From an uncultured archaeon (GTDB taxonomy: Archaea; Asgardarchaeota; Lokiarchaeia; Sigyniarchaeales; SOKP01): a stretch of 16,090 nt of DNA. The stretch lies in NCBI GenBank assembly GCA_964388035.1, contig CAYLZE010000115.1, forward strand, positions 1 through 16,090, in the 5' to 3' direction. The notes beneath the pieces were generated by a model. That model was not told the origin of the DNA and did no database searches. It saw nothing but the letters and a program-made list of their open reading frames with translations. The position numbers and the translations under genes are program-made. Positions 1 through 7,623 of this stretch are shown here, in pieces. The number at the start of each line of letters is the position of its first letter. The first letter of the stretch is position 1.

Positions 1-20
1 TGTAAATAATGAATTCGCAT
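1..20 (-). CDS. 5' stub (runs off the window) of a probable class I glutamine amidotransferase (GMP-synthase-like)
   Basis: Reverse complement of 20..1 reads ATG CGA ATT CAT TAT TTA CA = MRIHYL(Q/H). This matches the MRIHYLQHVPFE-type N-terminus I recall for stand-alone type 1 glutamine amidotransferases. Only 6 full codons are visible. Confidence 0.45.
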
Positions 21-125
21 CGTCAAGTTCAAATTTTAGTAAAAAATAGAATATTTTCTAATAAATGAATTTACTTTAAAAAAAGGATAAGAAGAATTTC
101 TACCGTAATTGTTTTCGGAGGGATG

Positions 126-716
126 TTATTTTGGTGAATATTTACAGATCTTGCACATGGTTTTACCATCTTCGACGACCATCGAGGGTAGTGCTGTTTT
201 TTCACCGCAGACGGGGCAGGTAACAATTTCTTTTTTTGCGAGATCGGCTTCCGGTATTTCCTTAAAGGATTTTTTGATAATCGCCGCGTCCAGGTCCATG
301 TTCCACATTGCTTTTTGTAGTTTTTCCTGGTCCAATTTCATTCCTCCCCCGAGATTGGCCCATGCGTTCAGAATCTCGTTTTCTTGAATGTAAGTATCAT
401 TCAAAACAAGGCGGAAAAATTCTTTCTGATTTCTGGCTACCTGAATTGAGAGCTTGCCCATGTCAAACGTTCTGGAGTAGATGTGAAATCCTCCATTCAG
501 TAGTAAATAACGACCCAGGCATTGGAGCGCATCCGGGATGCATAAAATGGTTTCTGACGTGAGGGTAATGATATCTTCGGGACGGGGCTGAAGTTCTTTT
601 AGAGCCCGCTGAGCTAGTTTAAATCCTATTATCATGCCGGGAGCATACAGCCCGTGCAATTTTATGGCTTCATCCAGGGTTTCTTGAGGAATGTTTTTGA
701 TTACTTTTTCAATCAT
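126..716 (-). CDS. FmdE/FwdE-family protein with C-terminal four-Cys zinc finger
   Basis: LHGLYAPGMIIG (variant of the FmdE FHGHxCPG motif), ETILCIPDALQCL, DMGKLSI, and a C-terminal CPVCGE...CKIC zinc finger. Confidence 0.85.
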   Translation of the reverse strand: MIEKVIKNIPQETLDEAIKLHGLYAPGMIIGFKLAQRALKELQPRPEDIITLTSETILCIPDALQCLGRYLLLNGGFHIYSRTFDMGKLSIQVARNQKEFFRLVLNDTYIQENEILNAWANLGGGMKLDQEKLQKAMWNMDLDAAIIKKSFKEIPEADLAKKEIVTCPVCGEKTALPSMVVEDGKTMCKICKYSPK

Positions 717-738
717 AGATATATTGAATGACTAAAAA

Positions 739-754
739 TATATAAAGTCTATCG
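739..754 (-). promoter_or_regulatory. Archaeal TATA box with BRE-like upstream bases; probably gives a leaderless transcript of the FmdE-family gene
   Basis: Minus strand reads cgatagacTTTATATA (TATA at 746..739), about 23 nt upstream of the ATG at 716, with no SD motif. Confidence 0.55.
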
Positions 755-1018
755 TCATGTCCAACTGGCGACAACGCCAAATAGGGCGCTAAATGTGTAA
801 TCATTAATAATAAGAAAGGTTTTAAAAAAAAAATCACATTATAATAGCAAGTTTGCTTATGGGGGCTTGTTAGCAGGAAGAATTTACTAGTTTTTCTCCC
901 TATTCTTACTCTCTAGATTAATGACCCAAAAATCCTATTGCTACCCTACTAATCTTCTCCATGTAATTAATTGAGATAGTATGGTAGGAGCAGAATAAGG
1001 CAGATTAATAATGATCAT

Positions 1019-1756
1019 TTACTTGAAAAACCAATCAGCCATGTTGTCACGTAGAAAGGAGTAATGTGCTTGAATCGTTCGCTCAGCTAATTTTAACTTT
1101 TCTGCAAAATCTGGATATAATTTGGCAAGTAGCCGTTCCCGAGAGGCACGGACCTGCTTTTCTATTACTTGATTGAACAATGATTGAAATTTTTTATCCA
1201 GCATGGCTACTTTATGCCACTTGGTTAATGTCAGGAGGGCTTGCTCGGCTGTAGAATTAGAACTGATTTCATTTAAAGGGGGAATAAATGTTTCAAATTT
1301 AGGATCCAAAATGGTGAGAGTATTGAGCGCGTCGCGTAGTTGAACTATAAGGTCCTGGGGGTTTGATAAGGAAATACTGTTCTTGCTCCATGAATGGACA
1401 GAGTTTTCTGTATTTTTGGTTTTTTCGCGTGTATAGAGGGTCTTGAGATAATCGGTTAAAAATTGCATGCGCTGTTCGAAGGGCACTTTCTCATCGAGGC
1501 TCATCTTGCGCATGAGCGCTTGATACTTACCTTCTACTTTTTCTACCAGCAGGTTGTGGTCGGATTGAATCAAGCGAATTCTGGGTTGATTTTGGATGTA
1601 TTCGATTAATTTCAACCATGCTTCTGCCGTGCGAGGATTTAGGCCGATTTCCTTGAGCCTACTCTTGGGAAAGACGTAATCTTGGGATTCAATAAAAGAA
1701 AAAATGGCCTCAATCCTTTCTTGGTGGGATCTATAGCGAGTAGAATTGTTTGCCAT
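1019..1756 (-). CDS. Putative winged helix-turn-helix DNA-binding protein with helical C-terminal domain
   Basis: N-terminal ERIEAIFSFIE...FPKSRLKEIGLNPRTAEAWLKLIEYIQNQPRIRL has a helix-HTH-wing pattern. Divergent from the EutA-fusion gene. TTTTATAT box at 1800..1793 on the minus strand. Confidence 0.6.
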   Translation of the reverse strand: MANNSTRYRSHQERIEAIFSFIESQDYVFPKSRLKEIGLNPRTAEAWLKLIEYIQNQPRIRLIQSDHNLLVEKVEGKYQALMRKMSLDEKVPFEQRMQFLTDYLKTLYTREKTKNTENSVHSWSKNSISLSNPQDLIVQLRDALNTLTILDPKFETFIPPLNEISSNSTAEQALLTLTKWHKVAMLDKKFQSLFNQVIEKQVRASRERLLAKLYPDFAEKLKLAERTIQAHYSFLRDNMADWFFK

Positions 1757-1792
1757 GTAATCATCACTTATAATAATCTAATAGAGCAAAGA

Positions 1793-1838
1793 ATATAAAA
1801 AGATATCGAATGGTATCTTAAAATACCTTTAAATATCT
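1793..1838. promoter_or_regulatory. Back-to-back divergent promoters with overlapping inverted repeats
   Basis: TTTTATAT (minus, 1800..1793) and TTTAAATA (plus, 1828..1835). Inverted repeats AAGATA-N8-TATCTT (1800..1819) and GGTAT-N6-ATACC (1812..1827). Confidence 0.45.
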
Positions 1839-1874
1839 CAAATGCTATTAGTAATGCAAGAAGAGGAATACTAC

Positions 1875-4532
1875 ATGGACCCTCAAGAAATTATTGCGAA
1901 TTTTAAAATTGACATCGCCTCCTCTAAAGCGACGGTAATTTCCTACTTGAAAGTATTTTTACAGAAATTAGTACCACAAGAAGCGGATGTGATGGTTAAA
2001 AAATTTGTCGAAACCTATGAAAAATCCTTGCGTTTGCATGAAAAGGAGGACCAAACTGATTTGGCAAGGTATTATCGTCTCATAATGGAGTTCAAACCAA
2101 CCCTTGCAGGCATCTTGCTGTCCGGTAAAGATATTGATCTGATTTGTGATACTATTGTTCAGCAGTTTAATATCATTCTTGATCGCATGCGCCGTCAAAT
2201 TAACGAGGGAAAGCCTCAAAGAAAATCATTAGGGGCAAATGGATTGCAAAAGCCTCCATCCAGACAGCTGCAATATTATTGTAGCGTGTGCAAGCAGGTG
2301 TTTCCCATTCCCCCAGAAATGCAAGCAAAATTGCTCAATTCTGATGAGAAGTTACCCTTACCGAAACATCATGATAAGGAAATGATTTTGAAAATAAGTG
2401 ACCCCGAAGAAGCGAGCATTTCAGAAACGGAGTCCGGACAAAAAATGAAAATTGAGATATATCCTGCCGAACTCTTGATGCAGCATGTCAACTCCACGGA
2501 AAGCAATGCAGAATATTTAAACCTTCTTAGTGTGGGGATAGATGTGGGCACCTCAACCACCCATTTAGTCTTTTCCCGCCTCTCTCTCAAGCGCGAACGC
2601 AGTTTATTTAACATGTCAAATAGATTTGTCTTGGTGAATCGGGAGGTGATCTACCAAGGAAGGATCATTTTTACTCCCTTGCTCGATGTAAATACCATCG
2701 ACATTGAGGGGGTAATTAAATTTTGTGAAGAAGAATATAAGAGAGCGAACATTTCTCCCGAACAAGTAGATACGGGCGCCGTCATAGTAACGGGAGAGAC
2801 GGCCAAGAAAAAGAATGCGGCATTGATCGTTCAAAGACTTTCTTCCGAATCAGGAAAATTTGTCAGTGCTTCAGCGGGGCCCAATTTTGAGTCGGTTTTA
2901 GCGGCGATGGGAAGTGGAATGGTGGATCTTTCTCGAAGAAAGCAGAACACGATTTTAAACGTGGATGTAGGGGGTGGGAGCAGCAAGTTGGCCATCATTT
3001 CGAAAGGAAACATTCTCAGCACGTCCTCAATTAACATCGGGGGTCGCTTGATGGGGATTGATGAGGATTTAAGCATCTGGCGGATTGATGAGCCATGTGA
3101 GGTGGTCTTGCAAGGACTTGGCATGAAGTACAGAGTCGGAGACACGATTCCCGAAAAAGATGTAAAACTCATTGCCCGTGAACAAGCCAAAACGCTACTC
3201 GAGGTAATGCGGGGACCAGCAACCAGTCCTCTTGCTCAACAATTAATGATGACCCATGACTTGGATTTTTCGCTCCCTATTGATGAAATTTCATTTTCTG
3301 GCGGAATTTCCGAGATGATTTATGAAATTAGAATCTTGAATCAACAAGGACAATTAAAAGCTCCAGATAAACATTCCGCGATTCCTTATGAGGATATGGG
3401 GTGGTATCTTGCGGATGAGATTGTCAAGCTCATGGATGAAACCAAAACCCCTCTAATTGAACCGACACATAAGATCAGAGCCACTGTTATAGGAGCGGGT
3501 GCATTTTCCCTCTCGGTTTCGGGCTCAACCTGTTACCATGATCCCTCCATCCCGCTTCCCATTGATAACGTTCCCGTGGTTAAAATTACCATGAATTTTA
3601 GAGAGATGTTGGTAGGGGGAGAGAAGGAACTCCAGAGATTCAAGGAAGTGGTCGCCCAGGCACTTAATAATTTTAATCTAATCGAGGGAGAGGATAAATT
3701 TGTTCTTTATTTTAATGATATTACCATCCGGGCTAATTTAGATGTTTTTTCTAAAGCTCTCGAAAGCATTTATCCTAATTCTATCAAGAATAAAAAGCTA
3801 ATCATAATTATATTAGGGTTTGATGGAGCGAAGATGCTGGGCTTGACGTTAAAAAGAGAAACCTCCATTCAAGAGAATTTATTTTGCTTGGATGAATTAA
3901 ATCTTGAGGATGGGGATTGGATCGATATCGGACCCCCGCTCAGGGAAAGTCAAGCGTTTCCCATCACGATTAAAAGTCTCGTTTTCGACCAGCCTCATCC
4001 AACTCAAGAGGAGCAAGAAAGATTAAAATCTGAAAAAGTATCAGCGGTTCAGAACGAGACAGCTGACTTAGAAACTCAACCATTAGCAACGCCTCAACTT
4101 CAGAAAAGGGAAAATGCAGATTCTCAAACATCTGGAACTGTATTAGATAGGGAAAAAATAGCAATGGAATTCAAGCATTTTCAAGCGGAACACGAAGGAT
4201 ACGAGATATTGCTCATCCTCTCGAAAGAAGGTCGTCTTGAGTACATCACTGATGAAAGCTTTTGTTCTCCAGAAGAAGCACGTGATATTTATAAAGCGTG
4301 GCAAGGGCATGAATCCGCGTTCTTAATCGGGAAAAAACGGTTTCCTATCCTCAGTTGGGCGGATTTGCAATTTGCAGCAAGAACCATGTCCGACAAGAGT
4401 ATTATAGTAGGGACAAAAACAAAATCTAACCGCTATGTACTCATGAATGTTGTTCCAGGCACTGAATGGAAACCGAATGTCGCTTCTTTTGCGGTTAAAG
4501 AGGTACATCGATGGTCTTGGGATTTAGTTTAA
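1875..4532 (+). CDS. eutA: Multidomain EutA-family (ethanolamine ammonia-lyase reactivase-like, ASKHA/actin-fold) ATPase with N-terminal helical and metal-knuckle domains and a C-terminal profilin-like domain
   Basis: EutA motifs SVGIDVGTSTTHLVFS, TGAVIVTGETAKKKNA, FVSASAGPNFESVLAAMGSG, NVDVGGGSSK, FSGGISE, IRATVIGAG, CLDEL..GDWIDIGPP and FPITIKSLVF (about 2520..3986). CSVC...PKHHDKEM at 2280..2384; extra ~129-aa domain at 4143..4529. Start moved from 1842 to ATG 1875 because of the SD GAGGA at 1863..1867. The symbol denotes the family, not a proven function. Confidence 0.85.
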   Translation: MDPQEIIANFKIDIASSKATVISYLKVFLQKLVPQEADVMVKKFVETYEKSLRLHEKEDQTDLARYYRLIMEFKPTLAGILLSGKDIDLICDTIVQQFNIILDRMRRQINEGKPQRKSLGANGLQKPPSRQLQYYCSVCKQVFPIPPEMQAKLLNSDEKLPLPKHHDKEMILKISDPEEASISETESGQKMKIEIYPAELLMQHVNSTESNAEYLNLLSVGIDVGTSTTHLVFSRLSLKRERSLFNMSNRFVLVNREVIYQGRIIFTPLLDVNTIDIEGVIKFCEEEYKRANISPEQVDTGAVIVTGETAKKKNAALIVQRLSSESGKFVSASAGPNFESVLAAMGSGMVDLSRRKQNTILNVDVGGGSSKLAIISKGNILSTSSINIGGRLMGIDEDLSIWRIDEPCEVVLQGLGMKYRVGDTIPEKDVKLIAREQAKTLLEVMRGPATSPLAQQLMMTHDLDFSLPIDEISFSGGISEMIYEIRILNQQGQLKAPDKHSAIPYEDMGWYLADEIVKLMDETKTPLIEPTHKIRATVIGAGAFSLSVSGSTCYHDPSIPLPIDNVPVVKITMNFREMLVGGEKELQRFKEVVAQALNNFNLIEGEDKFVLYFNDITIRANLDVFSKALESIYPNSIKNKKLIIIILGFDGAKMLGLTLKRETSIQENLFCLDELNLEDGDWIDIGPPLRESQAFPITIKSLVFDQPHPTQEEQERLKSEKVSAVQNETADLETQPLATPQLQKRENADSQTSGTVLDREKIAMEFKHFQAEHEGYEILLILSKEGRLEYITDESFCSPEEARDIYKAWQGHESAFLIGKKRFPILSWADLQFAARTMSDKSIIVGTKTKSNRYVLMNVVPGTEWKPNVASFAVKEVHRWSWDLV

Positions 4533-4537
4533 ATCTA

Positions 4538-4547
4538 TTTTTTTCTC
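4538..4547 (+). terminator. Oligo-T archaeal-type terminator after the EutA-fusion gene
   Basis: T-rich run (tttttttctc) just after the TAA at 4532, with a second T run near 4573..4578, in a convergent intergenic gap. Confidence 0.4.
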
Positions 4548-4612
4548 TCAAGCTCTACCCACAGAAAAGTCCTTTTTTCATAACAGGTAAGGAGAAACTT
4601 AAAGCAAGGGAC

Positions 4613-5059
4613 TTAGCTTAATATTGGCTTTTTCCCAAAATATCCTATTAAGAGTAAGAATAAGATGAGAGTGCACAAGAAAAGCTCGAGAAATCCCAGC
4701 GGTAAGAAAAGTACGGTTAATAGCATCGTGAGCACCAAGCTAATGATACCAATGTAAAAGCCCCACATGCGATTCCGGAGAATGCCTAGAGCAGAAAAGA
4801 ACCTCATCAGCGTAAAGCTTAGAAATAAAGGCAAAAAGAGAATGGGGCTTGATTCTAAAATAGATGTTACTTGCTCTAAATAAAACAAAGTACTATAAAT
4901 ATCGACATTCGGCACCATGTTCAAGCCAATTAATAGAATGTAAACACAATCAATGCTCTCTCCAATGAAATAGATTAGAAAGGAAATACCCGCGATGAAC
5001 AAGTAGTTATTTTGCCGAATGCTCGCATTCTTTTTTGGTACAAGTTCAGAAGTTGTCAT
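4613..5059 (-). CDS. Hypothetical 4-TM membrane protein, paralog copy 2
   Basis: Four hydrophobic segments. Shares FLSFTLMR, N.MWG.YIGI, LVLTMLLT.LFLP.GF.E and LLLIGYFGKKPILS with 5231..5686. Start ATG 5059 preferred (GAAGGT upstream); the ORF track starts at 5074. Confidence 0.8.
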   Translation of the reverse strand: MTTSELVPKKNASIRQNNYLFIAGISFLIYFIGESIDCVYILLIGLNMVPNVDIYSTLFYLEQVTSILESSPILFLPLFLSFTLMRFFSALGILRNRMWGFYIGIISLVLTMLLTVLFLPLGFLELFLCTLILFLLLIGYFGKKPILS

Positions 5060-5230
5060 TTTAAATACCTTCATTGATTTTAATTATGGCTTGTTATTAA
5101 AATTTGAGGGTAATAGATCTGATTTCTTTTTCTCATTCTTATTTTCATTTAATTTTCATTTACACTCAAGTAATCATCTGATGAAAATAATAAAAAAAAT
5201 GGGAGATTGGGATTTTATATCGGTTATTCC

Positions 5231-5686
5231 TTAACTAAGGATAGGTTTTTTCCCAAAATACCCTATTAAGAGCAAGATTAATATAATGGTACAGAAGAAA
5301 ATCTCGAAAAATCCAATCGGCAAGAAGAGCATGGTCAAGAGCATCGTGAGCACCAAGCCAAAAATGCCGATATACAAGCCCCACATGTAATTTTTAAGAA
5401 TGCCAATGGTAGAAAAGATTCTCATCAAGGTAAAGCTTAGGAAAAAGGGGAATAACAAAATGGGTTGTTCTTCCATTATAGTTCGGATCCCCATTACATT
5501 AACCAGGGTCATGGAAAGGTACAGGTTAGGCATCAAATTCAAGGCAATTAGCACGATGCTGATGCAATCGGAAATCTCGATAATTGAATATATTAAAAAA
5601 CAAATACCTGCGGTGAATAGATATTTGTTGTTTTTAATGCTTGTTTTACTTCCTTGGGCAGAATTTAAGGACGCCACATGTCTCAC
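5231..5686 (-). CDS. Hypothetical 4-TM membrane protein, paralog copy 1
   Basis: Collinear paralog of 4613..5059. GTG start at 5686, or alternatively the GTG at 5677. Confidence 0.8.
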   Translation of the reverse strand: MRHVASLNSAQGSKTSIKNNKYLFTAGICFLIYSIIEISDCISIVLIALNLMPNLYLSMTLVNVMGIRTIMEEQPILLFPFFLSFTLMRIFSTIGILKNYMWGLYIGIFGLVLTMLLTMLFLPIGFFEIFFCTIILILLLIGYFGKKPILS

Positions 5687-5746
5687 TTCTAACTTTTTAA
5701 TTATTATGTGATTTTTTTGATAATTATCTGAAATTTATAATGGCAT

Positions 5747-6352
5747 TTAGGTATTTGATTTCCTAATTTTAGGAAATAAAGCTCCGGTGCGTTTCTTATA
5801 TTCGAGATATTTTTCTCCAAACCGAAGAGCCAAGTCCTTTTCTTCATAATGGATCATGATAGGGATGTAAATGATAATGAATAGTGCAGTAAAAAGGACT
5901 AAGAACCAGGAATTGAGCGCAAAAGAAAGGGCCACGAATGTGGGAAACTCTCCCACGGTTTGGGGGTGTCGGATGTAATTATAAATGCCGCCATACATTT
6001 TTGAATCTTTAGACGGGGTTAGAGTTTCTGAGCCCGCATCAATGATTCCTTTTATCATTATAATCAAGCAAGGGATGAGCATGCAGATACCTATAATGAT
6101 GCCAACCCATATATTGGAGCTGATCATCCATTCTCCCACGACAGGAAGGGGAAACCAGATCCAGAGGATTAAATTGATAACTGCAATTAATTCACCGAGT
6201 CCACCGATGGAGCGATAGTTCTTGCATTCCTTCCACGCTTTTTCTCCTCTTTTTTGGGAACGTTGAACAGGTTGGATGCTGATGGTATAGGTCCAAGCCA
6301 TTAGGAAACAAGCTGCCACTAAGATAATGAAGTTTATAATTGCTACAATCAT
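5747..6352 (-). CDS. Integral membrane methyltransferase, isoprenylcysteine carboxyl methyltransferase (ICMT)/PEMT family
   Basis: About 5 TM helices, GGIYNYIRHPQTVGE (RHP motif) and EEKDLALRFGEKYLEYKKRTGALFPK (EE..L...FG..Y..Y...T...P SAM-binding tail). Confidence 0.85.
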   Translation of the reverse strand: MIVAIINFIILVAACFLMAWTYTISIQPVQRSQKRGEKAWKECKNYRSIGGLGELIAVINLILWIWFPLPVVGEWMISSNIWVGIIIGICMLIPCLIIMIKGIIDAGSETLTPSKDSKMYGGIYNYIRHPQTVGEFPTFVALSFALNSWFLVLFTALFIIIYIPIMIHYEEKDLALRFGEKYLEYKKRTGALFPKIRKSNT

Positions 6353-6363
6353 TTTTTAGACCA

Positions 6364-6383
6364 TTTTTTTTTTTTTTTTTTTT
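6364..6383. repeat. 20-nt homopolymer (T20 on +, A20 on the coding strand) 11 nt upstream of the methyltransferase start
   Basis: Direct count of the T run at 6364..6383. Confidence 0.9.
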
Positions 6384-6481
6384 GATTGATTTAAAAAAAT
6401 ATATACTTAATCCATCAAAGAAAGTCATTCTTTATAAACGTCGTTGATAATTGGATTGAATCATGAGAACTTTTTTGAATC

Positions 6482-6499
6482 ATACGAAAAATTTCGTAT
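6482..6499. promoter_or_regulatory. Inverted repeat, candidate operator between the divergent methyltransferase and regulator genes
   Basis: ATACGAAA-AA-TTTCGTAT, perfect 8-bp arms. Confidence 0.45.
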
Positions 6500-6643
6500 A
6501 AAAGGAACGTTACATTTTTAGTACTTGATAAACGGAACTAAAACTTGAATTTTGATGTGAAGGACAACTGACTTACAAAGGTATTATATCTTGTATAAAT
6601 GAGTATATAAAAATTATATCGGAAGTACTTGAAGGGGTTTTCA

Positions 6644-7492
6644 ATGGACGGAAGAGACTTTTTAAATAACATGTTAGGAACGCTAAAATCGAAAAAACGG
6701 CTTAAGATTCTGGAGATTTTAATGGAAAACCCGAGACCAATGCATTTCAACGAGATCTTCAAACAGTTGTCCATCCTTCCATCCACCTTGGAATATCATC
6801 TCAAACAATTAGAGGGACAGAATTTGCTCACGCATTTAGAGAATTCCTATACAACCAATGCCTATTCGAAATTAATATGGAATGCGTTAAATACACTTTC
6901 AAAATTAACTCCGCTTCTTTCCTACCTGAAGACCCATGTTTTTCCGATGGATGATACTGAATTATTATTTAAATTCATCATTTCGGGGGTTGAAGTCATT
7001 CCTGACATGATTTCGATGTTAACTTTCATGAAGGAAAAGATGCTAACCAATATTTCAACAATACGCCTTGCGGGCAATTTTAATCTCGAATTAGAAGAAA
7101 GAATGATGCAATTTAGCAATGTTGATTTTAAGATCAAGGAAATAGAGATCCTTACGAATTACGAAAATTTTCAAAAGTTCCTTTCTTATGAAAATTTTGA
7201 GTATTTTCTCTCCTTCACGCCATTAGAGAATATCAAATTATTCTTGATTGATGAGTGCGATTATTATGCGGCAATCGCCGATAATTTTGGAGTGCTCTTC
7301 TTACCGGATATGGATGATACCATTGATTTCCAGCAATGCTTGGGATTTAATGGTGCCACTGCCATCCAATGGCTCAATGAAATATTTGATGAACTAAAGA
7401 GTAGAGCAAAACGGGTTAATCTCACGGAAGGTTTTCTGAAGGACGTGCCTCTTTTTCTAAAATACCTGCGAGAGTTAGATTCTTCAAGATAA
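6644..7492 (+). CDS. ArsR-like winged-helix transcriptional regulator with archaeal C-terminal domain (DUF1724-like layout)
   Basis: LKSKKRLKILEIL...PMHFNEIFKQLSILPSTLEYHLKQLEGQNLL...YTTN is an ArsR-type wHTH. The tail (GVLFLPDMDDTIDFQQCL...AIQWLNEIFDELKSRA) fits archaeal ~270-aa HTH regulators. Start ATG 6644 follows SD GAAGGGG. Confidence 0.8.
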   Translation: MDGRDFLNNMLGTLKSKKRLKILEILMENPRPMHFNEIFKQLSILPSTLEYHLKQLEGQNLLTHLENSYTTNAYSKLIWNALNTLSKLTPLLSYLKTHVFPMDDTELLFKFIISGVEVIPDMISMLTFMKEKMLTNISTIRLAGNFNLELEERMMQFSNVDFKIKEIEILTNYENFQKFLSYENFEYFLSFTPLENIKLFLIDECDYYAAIADNFGVLFLPDMDDTIDFQQCLGFNGATAIQWLNEIFDELKSRAKRVNLTEGFLKDVPLFLKYLRELDSSR

Positions 7493-7623
7493 TAGTGATA
7501 GTTTTTATAAATATTAATCAACCTATAGTATTTTATTAATTTTCGAATAATATTAAGTAATTAATATCCATCCCTTTTAAAGGTAAACATCTTTTTCTAT
7601 CTGAAAGGTTAAAAACACAAGCG

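Noticed and set aside
109-562. Plus-strand ORFs 109..387 and 308..562
   Set aside because: Antisense shadows of the FmdE-family gene with no recognisable motifs.
915-1000. Possible SECIS element or selenocysteine read-through
   Set aside because: The ATGA at about 921 lacks a convincing paired stem, and no gene in the window has an in-frame TGA at a conserved Cys position.
1968-4508. Six short minus-strand ORFs inside the EutA-fusion gene
   Set aside because: Antisense to a strongly supported CDS, with no independent coding signal.
5019-7521. ORFs 5019..5234, 5400..5711, 5985..6218, 6192..6428, 6538..6786, 6922..7137 and 7264..7521
   Set aside because: They overlap better-supported genes or run through low-complexity intergenic DNA; the poly-Lys in 6192..6428 is just the A20 tract.
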